Shown here: piece after piece, positions 13,990 to 27,159 of the stretch
How the letters are laid out: each line of letters begins with the position of its first letter
How positions within the stretch are numbered: the first letter of the stretch is position 1
Notes under the pieces: generated by a model
What the model was told of the DNA's origin: nothing
The model's database searches: none
Seen by the model: the letters and a program-made list of their open reading frames with translations, nothing else
Translations under genes and position numbers: made by a program
From: Conidiobolus incongruus B7586
Taxonomy: Eukaryota
DNA length: 34,500 bases
Assembly (NCBI GenBank): GCA_000697335.1
Contig: JNEM01008461.1
Coordinates: 1-34,500, forward strand
Direction: 5' to 3'

Positions 13990-14988
13990 ATGACGCGGAA
14001 TTCACCAATTGTTACTGAATTAACTCCTCACTTTAATAATATTCATAGTGATCTATGTCTTTCTTCTAAGCATACACAAGACACACATAAACCTTTAAAA
14101 AAGTTAAGGAAATTGCAATTGTTCAACACCTTTAGTCATGATTCTACCAAAGTTTTAGTGGATCAATCATCCAACCAACATAAGTCTCAGCAATCTGGTT
14201 TCAAAGGATTTATCAAAAAAATATTTGGCATATCACCTAAAAATAGCAACAAAATTGAAACCGCTCCTCCTTCTCCAGCCAAGCAATCCTTCGTTGTCAA
14301 TACACCTCAGCCGACTTCACCTCCTCTTGTCCCCAAGGACCATGTCAGTCCTGCTAAGATCACTAGTTGTGAACCAAAGCCTGCAACCATTGAGCCCATC
14401 ATCACATCACTTCCTCCTATATCCTCTTTTACTCCCGTAAAACGCCCACCCAGTGTTCAATCATCTCCTTCCTCCTCCACCACCAGTCTTCCTCGCTACC
14501 ATCCAATTAGAATCACATATAAAATTAGTATGAGGAAACTAAAAGAATTCCCTAACAAGCGCCCTTTACATCAGCTTATTTGCATTCAACAAGTAATTCA
14601 AAATTTAGAGCGACATCCCCATTTACATCTTAGTCGCACCCCTTCGCAAACCCTCCTGGAGAGGTCCGCCACGCTTTCTTTAGCATCCCCGGCATCAATG
14701 ACTGAAGTATGTCGAAGAACAAAGAAATCGCACACATCGTCTAAATCTAAAAGTCATAGAAAATCTATGCTAGATCTTTTGATTCCAGAGGAATGTTCGT
14801 TCTCTAGATATCCCTCCCCAACCAGATCAGTATCACCCAACCCTAAAATCCACAAGCCATCTTCACCCAATATCAAAAAGCAACGATACTACTCACTCCA
14901 AACTCCACCTAAAACAAAACAAAATTTCATGCTAGACTTGCCTAATGAGTTATTGGAAGGTCGCTATCCGACTTTTTCCAAATCATGA
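13990..14988 (+). CDS. Intronless Ser/Pro-rich, largely disordered protein (332 aa) with one putative Zds_C/SERTA-like helical motif
   Basis: A 999-bp ORF with GC well above its flanks and many SP/TP sites. The only ordered-looking segment is RITYKISMRKLKEFPNKRPLHQLICIQQVIQNL. The gene is well supported; the function is tentative. Confidence 0.8.
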   Translation: MTRNSPIVTELTPHFNNIHSDLCLSSKHTQDTHKPLKKLRKLQLFNTFSHDSTKVLVDQSSNQHKSQQSGFKGFIKKIFGISPKNSNKIETAPPSPAKQSFVVNTPQPTSPPLVPKDHVSPAKITSCEPKPATIEPIITSLPPISSFTPVKRPPSVQSSPSSSTTSLPRYHPIRITYKISMRKLKEFPNKRPLHQLICIQQVIQNLERHPHLHLSRTPSQTLLERSATLSLASPASMTEVCRRTKKSHTSSKSKSHRKSMLDLLIPEECSFSRYPSPTRSVSPNPKIHKPSSPNIKKQRYYSLQTPPKTKQNFMLDLPNELLEGRYPTFSKS

Positions 14989-17058
14989 GCAATCAAATGG
15001 ATCAATCAATTTGAAATTGATGTTAGGACAATCCATTTAATTAGTTTGAAATGCATTGATGAAATGGACAAATCATTATCAGCTTATTTCATCATCCTAA
15101 GTTTTCCTCCCTTTGTAAAATATCGCAATGATCATCTTTAAATGATTGTAAAATATACAAAAATTATGTATTTATATTAATAAATGTGAGCAGTCCGCTA
15201 ATTTATTAACACATACATATTTGATTATTGTGTTGTTAGATTAAAGTCTATTAATAATTGTATTTAACATCCAATCTGTTCTTATTGACTTTAAAATTAA
15301 TTTATAGATATATGATTATGATTCAATATTTAACAAATTTCTAATAATATTCATTGCCAAAGTTAATAAGAATATATTACTAATATTACCACATTTTTAT
15401 CATCATCATTTCATACTATGATATGCATATATTTTTAAAAACATTTATTGTAAACTATTTGAGATAATTTCAAGTTTATTTTAAGGATGTATGTTAACCC
15501 AATCAAATGATGGTATATGAAGTAGTGGGTTATTGGTAAGCAATTGTTGTCCCCATTATTTACAAATACACTGGTATTTGAGCTTTAGAACTGTGATTCT
15601 TGATTGATAAAGAGAACTAGTCAATTGATAGTTGATATTAGCTCAGGTAATTCTATATCATTTAAAATACTCAATATCAAATAAGTTCAATATGATCATT
15701 TTAATTAAGTGATATTACATATTATCGTAATTTACTAATTAATTGTTAATTCATTATGAAAATATTTCAGAAAGGATGTGAGATTAATTAATGATTATAA
15801 AGCCATGATGTCATCCACTGTATATGTTTAATTTAAAGTTTCATTGCTGCTAATGTGATTTTTATGATTCATTTACTTCAAATGAGGTATGACCAAGCTC
15901 TAGAAATATAAAAGTCGAGAATTTGTAACAATAAGATTTTGAGTGGGATAATATTACATGGGACAATGATTAAAAGATAAATCGAAAAATATATTTAAAT
16001 TTACAGGATTTTTCAATTGATAGAGGTTACAAATGGGTGGTGGTAAGATTAAATTTCAGGTGAACAGAGACATAATATTTGTAACAATATCATTTGAAAT
16101 TTCTTGTCAATTAATCTGAAATACATTGTTGGATTTTATGTATGCCTTTAAAGTTCAATTCTAACTTTTTAGTTTATAATTTAAATTAAACACTGTTTGA
16201 TTAAATAAAAATTTTAAAGCCCACATTCAATATTAAAATATGTCTGTTTTGATAATTCAATTATAAGTAGTGGATCATTTTATTGTTTGAGAAAAATAAA
16301 TAAATTTAAATATTATAATTCATAATATTATAGTAATCTTAGTTATTAAGAATCTATCAATTCCATTAATGTTTCATTTTATATGAAATTTTCTATGATT
16401 TTAAAATAAAGGAATGTAAATTCTAATACTTGATTGAAAACTAATTAAATCATTATTCTAGAATGTTAGTATTTATTGAAATAACTAAGAAATAGTCAAT
16501 GGAGTATATATATATCTGATATTATCATAAATTAATCTCTGGGTGTTTTAAAATAAATTCGAATTGATCAAATTGTTGATTAATGCTAAAGTTATCAGCC
16601 TTCTTAATTTTAAAATTAGTAGCATCCCTTATTTTAATAGAAATATAAAAAAAATTCTATTTTTATATCAACTCTGGAAAGTGGACTTTATCTCTTCAAA
16701 ATAAGTTAGACTAATTAATAGCAATATCTCAACTTGCCAATAAGTTTAAATTCATAAAATATATTAAACAAATTGTGACTGATCTTCCAGAGATAATAAT
16801 TTGTTTAACCTAAACAAAATCAATTTAATATTATTATTTTAAAATATTATGAAAATTTTCAAAAGTTAATTTATATTGAAAATATAAAAATAAATTTTTA
16901 TATCAATTTATTATGATATAATTAGTGCAAGTTTATTCATTGATTCAAGTTTGACTTGGAAAGCTAAAAATATTTTGAATCCCATAATAGCATCAAATTC
17001 AAATAATTATTTAAATAATATCTTATATGATAACTAAATTGCATATAATTGAATCAAG

Positions 17059-17769
17059 ATGGATCCTGAATATCCTAATAATTTTTCAAATTTAAGTTTA
17101 AATGAAAACTTACCTAAAAAGAGCATTTTAAAAAATAATAAAGTAAATAATCATGTTAATAATAATAATAATAATATAAATAGTAATGAGAATAGGTAAT
17201 ATTTTATTTTATTTTCATTAAACTTTAATTCATAATTATGTTTTAGAATAACTTGGGATGAAGAGAATTTACAATTAAATGAAAGCCAAAAGAGTGCAAC
17301 TATGAAAATTGACGAACCTAAAACTCCTTTTGTTTATGGTATTGCTCCTGATGATGATGATGAATTAGATGGTAAAAAATATTATTATCTGGTATTATTT
17401 TAATTCTAATAATATAATTTTTAAACAGAATTAACAGAGTTGGATATGCAATTACCTAGCATGGAATTACCTTCGACTTCAACTCAATTTAATACTTCAA
17501 CATCGCAGACTATCCACGATGAATGGGACGACGACGAAGAAGATTCAGAAGTACTGGTTACCGTAGAAGGAGAGGTGCTACCTAAAAGAACACGTATATT
17601 TATCTTTATATCTTAAGAATTAATTTCGACATTAACACTATTTTTATTGATTTTTATAGCTGAAGAAAAAGCCAAATTTAACAAATTGAGATCTGAACAT
17701 TATAATATGAGGGAAGCTTTAATGAGAGGAAAGCAATTATCAGAACTTAGCGATGAGGATGATGAATAG
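17059..17769 (+). CDS. GLC8: Protein phosphatase 1 inhibitor-2 (IPP-2/PPP1R2/Glc8 family); exons 17059-17195, 17247-17371, 17429-17593, 17660-17769; absent from the ORF track
   Basis: SILK motif (PKKSILKN), RVxF-like [19 protein letters not shown] with the regulatory Thr-Pro, and inhibitory helix [11 protein letters not shown]. Three GT-AG introns keep the frame; stop TAG at 17767-17769. Confidence 0.92.
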
Positions 17770-18426
17770 ATTGTTATGATTTATTCTATGTATATTTCAT
17801 TAAGACACATTACAATTTTGACACTTGTTTAATAATTTAAACCCAATTTCATCTATTTATGATTAAACAATATTATTGGCATCATATAGTTTTGTATTGA
17901 TTAAGATGTAATAAAGCTATTAAATATAAAAATAAGCACTCTTTGAACTTATTATATAACCCAATAAACTAATTAATCCACTTTTACTATACTAATTTTT
18001 CAAATAAAAGTATAAACGATAAATAAATGATAGATTTTGAATTAAGTAATATGTGCTTGTATAGTATTAATCTATTATTTTTATTCTTCAACTCAAATCT
18101 AAATTTACTATCAAAATAATGAAAATTACCGATATAGTTTTATATATTCAAGTTAAATTACATTACTTAAAGTGGTGTCAACAGAAAATGACAATAAATT
18201 AATATTAGTATATATATATCATGCTATATTTAGGTATTTTAATCAATTTATATATTTTGAAAAACAATTCTAAATCAATAAATAATTATTTATGTGTATA
18301 AAATATAGATTAAACATCCCTTTAAAAGCTCATAGTCATTAATTTTATAAAAAAATAAAAGATTAGATATAATGTGATTTATTAATACTATCTATATCAA
18401 TAGATTATATCCTAACTATTGATCAA

Positions 18427-18447
18427 ATATATATATATATATATATA
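18427..18447. repeat. (AT)10 microsatellite
   Basis: Direct reading. Confidence 0.85.
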
Positions 18448-19137
18448 AGAGTTAAAATTATTTTCTTTTTATAAAATACATACAATCGATAATTTATTTT
18501 AGAAATTATTATGAAATAAACTTAAGAATTTGTATTAGAGTATTGATCATAAAGTTTATTAACATTCATATTAGTTTCATTATTAAAAATTAATAAAATT
18601 AATGACTATAGTTTCAATTCAAAAGCACTTTATTATATTGATAAAAACTTTATAACCCATTATCATAATATACATTAGAGTTTTATAAGATATTAACGAT
18701 TGGTTCATATTACTCGTATTATAATAATCAATGTTAATAGCTAAATAAGCTGTTTTTTATCAAAAAGATATATATTATTGTTTTACCATGATTATTAAAT
18801 TTGAAGGTTGAAACAGCTTATATCTATCATAATTTATACATAACTCAATTAATTTTTGATTTATAAATAAAATGTTTATAATACTTATCATTGATGAACT
18901 AATCTAAAAAGCTATTTATTACAATGGTTATATAATCATGAAATCAAGCTCAATTAACAAATCGAGTAGGACTATAAGAAATTTAAAGTTGGTAATATTA
19001 TATTATTGCATATCATTAGGTTGTAGTTGTAGAAATTGATATTCTCATTAATATAATTAATAAATAAAGAATTTATGTTAATTGAATATTTTAACTTAAA
19101 ACTGAAAATTTGATTACCAAATATATTAAAATTTATG

Positions 19138-19150
19138 AAAAAAAGAAAAA
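19138..19150 (-). terminator. Pol III oligo-T terminator of tRNA-iMet
   Basis: T5 immediately after the discriminator base, then C and T7, on the minus strand. Confidence 0.75.
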
Positions 19151-19222
19151 TAGCAGCGAGAGGTTTCGATCCTCCGACCTCGGGGTTATGAGCCCCGCGC
19201 GCTTCCTCTGCGCTACGCTGCT
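19151..19222 (-). tRNA. Initiator tRNA-Met (CAT), intronless
   Basis: Minus strand reads AGCAGCGTAGCGCAGAGGAAGCGCGCGGGGCTCATAACCCCGAGGTCGGAGGATCGAAACCTCTCGCTGCTA. It has an A1:U72 pair, consecutive G:C pairs in the anticodon stem and T-loop ATCGAAA (A54/A60), all eukaryotic initiator hallmarks. Confidence 0.98.
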
Positions 19223-20512
19223 TCTCTATCTATTCATATTTTAATATTTAATAATTTACTTAATATTCTTATCTTTATTTCCTTACACAAAATGATTTAA
19301 TTTCAATTCAAATTATATTAAAAATTTTATTATTAGAGAATTTTGATCTTTGTTATCAATTCAATTTAATTTTCACATTTTTGGAATGCTACATTCATCT
19401 GAATATTAATTATTATTGTCTAGTATTTTGTAATATTATATTTATTATTTTTAATTATCATTATCATTATTTAATATTGTTTTATTAAGATAATCATATT
19501 TTGAACTTGTGCATGTCTTATTCTAATCGTTCTGAATTGATTAATATATAACCAAATTTTTATTTATTCTAACGAGTTTAATTTTTCATAATAAATAACT
19601 TGCATTACTATTTAGATATGACTTTTCGATTAAAATAATCTTTGCATTTAATTAAATATAGTAAATTTTGAATAGATTCCAAGTTAAAATTTAGATATTA
19701 ATCTCTTGAAATGATATAAATTATTATTTTAATACTGATAATTGGTTTAATAAATGCTTATTTGTAGTGAAATTTATCATAGCATTAATTGTAATAAGTT
19801 TAATCACTGGAAATATTAAATATAGAATTGCCAAATTGGGTAATATCAAGTTATTTCTTTAGTTTTGAAAACTATTTATCCTTTTTATTAAATGTTGCCA
19901 ATTTAATAAGATAAACTTTCGTCAATTAGTTAAAATAGCCATTTATATCAACTAAGCACATCATATGAATCTCACTTACTAAATAAAATAGTTCGTCTTA
20001 TTATTAAATCCCAAAATCTATAAATCATGAAGATAATATACAAATATATTAATTGAACGAATATATTACTGGAGATTTATGTTGACTGTATTGGATGAAT
20101 TCATAAGTGGAATGAGAAAAAGAAGGGAAAATAAACCTAATGTGATCACTTTTATCCAATCAAATGATATCATATAGAAATCAAATAACCTCATTTGAAC
20201 TCCATCCACACAAACAGCAGTAAAAATAAAAAAATATAGATGTGACAGTATAAATTGGATTAATGTTAGTAGAAATTACTCATATTTTCAACTTATACAC
20301 TTGAATCATTTGATTGCCAATTATTTGATATTAAATAAGAGCATTTTTAGTTGCTTTCTCTACTATCTATCTACATTAAACAGGTTTAAAATTTATTTCC
20401 ATTCAAAAACCATTCAAGAACTATTCGGTGTTTGTGATTTAATTCTCTTTTCAACAAATATTGATTCGCATTTTAATATAATTCAAAAAAGTAAAGTATA
20501 TCATTCATTATC

Positions 20513-21187
20513 ATGGCCTTAAGTCAAGAATCTATCATCGCCATTTCATGTGGCTCTATACTTGGATTGGTAATCATAGCATCTGTTGTAGTTTATTTTA
20601 CTAGAAAGTCTTCACGTACTGAAGGTAATTGATAATCAGTTCACCCCATTTTCAAATTTTAATCTTGTGCATAGATTCAAGACTGCTTCAAGATCCTGAA
20701 AATTCTGTTCAAACTTCAGTCGATCAAACTCAAGCCAATTACAACACCTTTCAAAATTCTTCAACCAATTCAACAGCACCTTTAGTATCAGTTGTTGTTA
20801 CTGAGCAAATAACAACTGATCGCAAATTATCCCCTCAGATCAATCAAACTACTCAAACTAATACCGACTCAATTAATCAAAATGACCAGCTAAACAGACC
20901 TTCTAGCCATTTCGAAGGACATGATCACTTGACTGACTCTCAAGAAAACTCAGGTCGTTCTTCACCTGACTTGCAAGAACCTAAAACTCCCGAGCCTATT
21001 CATTTAGAGGCATCCCCTCAAGGAACTTATCGAGATAATATAGTTCTTAAGGGCGAGAAGTCTCAGAGAAAGAAAGCCAAAAAAGGTAAATACAATCCAA
21101 TTCACTAAAACATAGCTAATATCTTATAAATTAGGCGGTAAACTTTCTACAAAAGGAAAGAGGAAGTCAAAGAATAACTTATTCTGA
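20513..21187 (+). CDS. Hypothetical single-pass membrane protein, 191 aa; exons 20513-20624, 20675-21085, 21135-21187
   Basis: MALSQES, then hydrophobic IIAISCGSILGLVIIASVVVYF, then TRK, a S/T/Q/N-rich tail and a Lys-rich end (KKAKKGGKLSTKGKRKSKNNLF*). Two phase-1 GT-AG introns give a continuous frame. Confidence 0.78.
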
Positions 21188-21492
21188 TCCCGATACTCGT
21201 CTATACTAACATCCTGTCAATATCAATTATTCTATCTCATTTCTTTTCATTACAAAAATGTCCTAATTGGCTGGAATTTTTATGTGCGAGCACATCAAAT
21301 GATATTCTAAATATGATTTTCTCCCCTAATCAACCCTATACTTTTGACTCTCTTTTGTCTATATATATACACTCTATTTTTTTATAATTACAGCTAATAT
21401 AAACATCGAATGTTAGTGAAATTATTGATTCATTGATATAGCTCATTCATTGATTAATAAAAATATTTAATTCGATATGCAGTTTATTTAAT

Positions 21493-23025
21493 TTACACTA
21501 ATTCTAATTGTCTGACAATATACAATAAAAATAAAGTAGCTAAAGACATAATGCCTATAGTATTCACAAATCCATCAAGATTAGGAAGATCCATTCCTGG
21601 AACTGTCACGTTCATTCCCATTAGCAGCGATCCAAGGGAAAAGGGCAGAATGGCCCAGGTTAGGGCTGAAAAAAATGCCAGTTTATCGTTGAATGCAGTT
21701 GCCGAATATGTCAATTCGAATTCCCAATTCGTCTTTTGCAGTTCGAAAGATCTTTCAAGAATTGTTTGAAGTAGTTTTGCTTCTCTTAGCATGGCAACTA
21801 TCTGTGTAAAAGAGCTATTGATCCAAATTTCAATATCTGTTGAATCAAGCAAATTGGATCGACTGGCCGAGCGAGTTAGTCCTTTTTCCAAAGACTCTGC
21901 ATGTAGCTGCTGCAAATTCGATGACCCGGGAAGATCTGTGAGAGAAGGGACGGGTGATAAAGAACGAAAAGAAGGAACAGGTGACAAGGAGCGCGCAGGA
22001 GTACTAATTTGAGAAGATACCTTTGAGGAATAGATAGAAGAGGGTCGATTGGCTGTAGTAGAAGGGATTTTACCAAATAGAGTTAGAAGACTATTGAAGA
22101 GACCGGGTTTCATATCTAGTAACTCTACAAAGTCGGATGATATTTTGCGTAACTGTGTTAATCGAGGTGGTAGCTGGTTTTCACCTTCTTTGGGTGAAAA
22201 ATGTCTCGTTATTCCTTCAAAATCTTCAGATATTAAATAAAAATCATTGACAGCAATAATTTCTTGTTCTAGAAATTTTAGCTGCTTATCTAAATGCTCT
22301 ATAAAGCTATAAAGCATTACACTACCAACCCAATCTGGTAACAACTTTGTTCTAAAATCTGGTTTTTGCAACATTGAAAGTACTGAATCTTGAATAGAGT
22401 GATTACCATAATCAAAGGTGACAATACAATTGGAGTGTATGACATTATAAACATAAGTATACTGGGGATCAGGAATATCTCTCCTCAAGTTAATTGGCTC
22501 ATCCGTTCTAGTAGCACTATCCATATCTAATTCAATTAATTTAAAAGATGTAACATAGTAGTTTTGGAATTCTTCGCACTTTTCAACTGGATCTTGGATT
22601 AGCAAATCTTCCAAAGTAAGGGGATGAAGCTTTAACATCTAATAAATCTCAGTTATATTTATATTAGATTAGTATTAATAGAAATTACCTGAGAAATTAA
22701 TTCAATTTCAAAAGAAATCGGTTGAAATATATATAGCCAATAGTGAGGTCCTTGATTAGAAGTAGAATTGAGTATAGATTCTAAATGACTAATATGTGCT
22801 ATTTGTATAGGTTTACTCGGGTTCCTGACTAATAATATTCGAGTGGTTTCAGGTACCTAAATTTATGATAAATTTAACATTGTCAAAGTAATTTAATATT
22901 ATGTAAGTTACAGTATACTGCTTAGATAACTTAGATAATGAAGTTGAACTACTATTAATTAAAGTATCATATGAAGAGTATTGAGACTGTTTCAATAGCG
23001 GGGTATTCTCTTCATGTGTATTCAT
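21493..23025 (-). CDS. CorA-family (Alr1/Mnr2-like) Mg2+ transporter, about 475 aa; exons 23025-22912, 22856-22689, 22638-21493
   Basis: YWL...P...E...LHPLTLEDL motif and two C-terminal TM helices with the signature GMN (LLMGMNVTVPG). Phase-0 GT-AG introns. The start could alternatively be 23097. Confidence 0.88.
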
Positions 23026-23145
23026 AAGTTCAGAAATTGAGCTCAAATTAAAAATAGGATGATATTTTATTTTATCTATATCATATTTGTTAGGCATTCT
23101 CTAACAAAATAAATATTTAAGAAATAGTTATTTATTTTAAAAGAA

Positions 23146-23148
<3 letters not shown>

Positions 23149-23184
<36 letters not shown>
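23149..23184. repeat. (TTA)12 microsatellite upstream of the CorA gene
   Basis: Direct reading. Confidence 0.9.
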
Positions 23185-23186
<2 letters not shown>

Positions 23187-25699
23187 TAAATTAAAAAATT
23201 ACAAAAGTGACAAGCATTTTAATGACATAAATAATTTATATTAAATTTAACTCATGTATATAATATTATGGGTTTATTATTTTTTATTATCCTTTGTTTT
23301 CATCAATATTTTCAAAGCCACAATATTTTATTCCTCAAAAGTATAACCAAATTAAAGAAAATTCATATATAGAATTTAATATTTCTTTCTACAATAAATA
23401 TTCTATTTAGATTTCTATGTAATAATCCTGGTTTTCTAGACTATATTACTGACCTAGCTTGAAAGCTGAATTTTCATTAATATATGAATATTTGGTTCAC
23501 ATGATATTTTTATAATATATAATTAAAGAAATCAACCAAAATATATTAATAAAAATAACTTATTTAATCTTCCATTTGCACAATAATTATATTTCAAAAA
23601 TTTTGAAATTAGTAATTCATTTATACTAGATTAACTTATAATTTGAAGTAAAAAATAATACTGTATCTTTAACAGAAAAATAATCAGTTTAACCTTTTTC
23701 TATAGCAAAATGTCTTACCATATACAATGTTTAGCTTGAAATTTATCCTTATAATATGTTATATAATATATAACTCAAGTATAAAATACTCTTGATAAAA
23801 ACTTATCACAATTAATTTACATTTACCAGTATTATTGTATAGTTATTTGAGTTCTATTGGCTATTCTTCTATAATATAATGATAAATCAGAATTTGTATA
23901 ATTAGAAACAGTTTAAATATCTAACAAAAATATTAATCAAACATATATGTTGCATTAAGTTTTTAATATTAAATGAATCAAAAATATATTTTAATTTATA
24001 TTGAAAGTAGCAACAATAATAAATAATTCAAAATATATAATAATAATATTGATTGATATATTTTGCTGAAATATCGATTATATAATATAATACTTAAATC
24101 TTATTATCCCTGTTAAAAATAATATTTAGAGTATTTACATTACTGAAAATTTGAATTTAACTATTCCTTAAGCATGAATTGATAATATTTTTATTTGGTT
24201 GATTTAATTTGGAATATCATATTCAACACTGATTTTCATATTAATTTTAATCTGATAACTTAATTGAAATGATATTTGTAAAACTATAGAAAAATTACAA
24301 GGATTATTTTATTGTATCGATTTACAATATTATACTTTTAGTGTTACATTATTACGTTTGAGAATTTTATAAACTTTGAATTTATCTCATATTGGAATGG
24401 CCAGATATAAAAAATATATGTTATAACTAATATAGTAATGTTATTATATATCAATATATAAATAATATGTCAAACCTTAAATCATATATTGTTATATATT
24501 TGAACTCAATTTATATATTAATCAGATACTTTAATTTCTATTTTCAATATATTTATTTTCTTTGAAATTAAATCACCCAGTGATTCCATAATGATATTTT
24601 CCAAGTATTAATTAAATAATGCAATTATTAAAAATTTCAAGAATAATTAATTACTTTCATAAACAGATATACTGCCACTCAAATGCAAACTATTAAATCA
24701 ACCAAATTTATGGTATCAATTAAATTTATTAAAAATGATTGTTATATTCTAATATTGGGTACAATTGGAAGAATAAACTACATAGCATATATTTAATGTT
24801 AAATTATATATAATTTCTCCTCCTTATATTATCATATCATATATTTAATAATATCGTGTAATTGTCCGGTAATAAAATCTGATACATATTTAATATTATT
24901 ATTAATTTTAAAAAAAGTTTAAACCAGAATAAAGTTGCTTATATCAAAAACATTCATTTATTTCTTTCAACTAAAGAAATATATTTTGCCCGTTACCGTA
25001 AACATATTAAGTTTATTACCTTTTTAGTTTAAAGTATTAATTATCTCATAATAGAAAAATACAACTAAAATATGATCTACCAATCAATAGTAATTGATGG
25101 ATTTGCACAAAAAAGCAACAAATAACACTAATACACAGTTTCTAAATTATTTAGTATCATTTTATTATTACTTGGAAATGAATTTTTGGTTTCAATAGAT
25201 TTCAAAAGATCTAATGTTGAATAAGTTAAAACCGATAACATAATACAGGATTATAAATTAATTTATAAAATTGATATATTTTTATAAATATTTACATATA
25301 TCTTATAATATATTTATTCAATTTTATTACTACTTAAATTTAAATTAATATTAATTTTAGGAATTTACTTTTCTCAATGTAGGTTGGTATATGAATTGAT
25401 ACTTGGATAGTCAATAAAGTTTGTATTCATTTCATTAAAATCAATTAATGTGATTAAAAGTTTAATAGAACCAATAAATCTTAATAAAATAACTTCAATA
25501 ATATAGTATTTTATAATCGGCAAATTATCAAATTTGTATCATCATTAACTTTTTATATTGTACTGTATATTTTCAAGTGGTGATATAGTGACCTCAGGGT
25601 TTGAACTGAACCATTCTATTGGAGTTAAAATTTTATCCAAGGATTCAAGCGAAATCAAACTTAATTCACCTGCATAGGTGATACGGAGTATAAAGTTGG

Positions 25700-25709
25700 T
25701 ATATAAAAG
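25700..25709 (+). promoter_or_regulatory. Candidate TATA box (TATATAAAAG) of the antiporter pseudogene
   Basis: Strong consensus about 130 bp upstream of ATG 25839, within a locally GC-richer stretch. Confidence 0.4.
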
Positions 25710-26111
25710 GACGATGAATTCACATCCAAGTCAAAGGATTAAACAGTGTTTTAAAATCCTTTCATCCAAATATTTAAACTGCAAAAGCCTTAATTAATTG
25801 AAACAATAGTTGATTTATAAAATATTATCAGCTGAATAATGAGTATTGTTCGATTTTTAAATATAGATGAGATACATGTTATTCGCTCTATTTTAGGTGG
25901 TTGTATTTTATTCTTCGGTTTAATCTCTCTTTACATCAAAGAAAGATTATTTCTTTCTGAATCAAGTAAGTCTACTATTAATATAATATTACAATTCACT
26001 CAATAATATTATTTAGTGGTTGCTATACTATTTGGTATAGTTGTTGGACCAGTAGTATTGAATTTTATTGATCCGTATCAGTGGAAGCAACTCGACTATA
26101 TCACTTTGGAA

Positions 26112-26728
26112 TTTTCTCGACTTGTAATAGGTATTCAAGTTATGGCAGCTGGTGTATCTCTTCCCAAAAAGTATGTACTAAAAGAATGGAAATCTCTATT
26201 CGTCCTATTATTACTTGTAATGATCTGTATGTGGATGATATCAGCAGGTTTAATTTGCGCTTTCTTCCCTCTGTCATTTTTAGAATCTTTAGTGATTGCA
26301 GCTTGTATTACACCTACTGACCCAGTATTAGCCAATTCCATTGTGAAAGGTAAATTTGCTGAGAAAAAGGTACCGATTCACTTGAGAGACATATTGTCTG
26401 CTGAGAGTGGTGCCAATGATGGATTAGGGTTTCCTTATATGTTCTTTGCTATTTTTTTACTTGTTAGTAAGTCGCCTGGACAAGCCATGGGATACTGGTT
26501 TGGTATGAGTTGGGGGTATCAAATCCTACTATCAATTATAGTTGGTATATTGGTAGGATATATTGCTCGAAAACTCTTATACTATGCAGAACGAAATGAA
26601 CTCATTGATAAAGAGTCATTTCTTGCTTTTTGGATGGCATTAGCATTATTTTTAATTGGTGTTATGAGTATGATAAATAGTGATGATTTATTATGCTGCT
26701 TTGTAGCTGGTAATTCATTTACCTGGGA
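26112..26728 (+). repeat. Near-perfect direct repeat of 30215-30831 (offset 4103 bp)
   Basis: By-eye alignment shows 2 mismatches (26192, 26200), then 26201-26728 identical. A second high-identity block spans about 26913-27037. Confidence 0.9.
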
Positions 26729-27088
26729 TGATTGGTTCCGTGTTGAAACACAAGAAGCTTACTTGCAAGGAGTAGTGGATATGATTTTCAACTATTTGTT
26801 CCTTATTTACTTGGGCACAATTATTCCGTGGACAAATTTTTCAGTACCTGAATACAACATTCAAGTGTGGAAACTGGTAGTTTTAGCAATTCTTATCCTT
26901 ATACTCTGATGATTGCCAAGCCTTGTAGCAATATATAAGATTATCCCAGCAGTCAGAACCTTCAGAGAAGCAGTCTTTGCTGGATGGTTTGGGCCTATTG
27001 GTGTCTGTGCTATTTTCTATGCTATGATTGCTTTAGAAAAGCTAGAAGGTGCTGAGAATCAAGGATTACATTTGAATGTTATATATTA

Positions 27089-27120
27089 TTACTTTGTAAT
27101 TTAAATAATGGGAATTTTTT
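27089..27120. repeat. Left terminal inverted repeat
   Basis: TTACTTTGTAATTTAAATAATGGGAATTTTTT versus reverse complement of the right end, TTACTATAGAATTGAAGAAATGGGAAATTTTT. Confidence 0.85.
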
Positions 27121-27159
27121 GCAATTGAAAAAAAATAACCATTTTAATATATAAAAAGT

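Noticed and set aside
21551..22240. Antisense and alternate-frame ORFs over CorA (also those over the 13990 gene, NHA1 and RSA4)
   Set aside because: Shadow ORFs of real coding sequence. The twin 68-aa antisense ORFs at 26135 and 30238 merely reflect the duplicated tract.
25666..25681. Palindrome TCACCT-GCAT-AGGTGA upstream of the pseudogene TATA box
   Set aside because: Only 6-bp arms and not clearly conserved in the paralog's promoter; insufficient support.
26907..26912. TGA TGA as recoded codons (selenocysteine, readthrough or alternative genetic code)
   Set aside because: They align to CGA CGA (Arg-Arg) in the paralog, the gene has other lesions, and TGA serves as a normal stop at 14986-14988 and 21185-21187.
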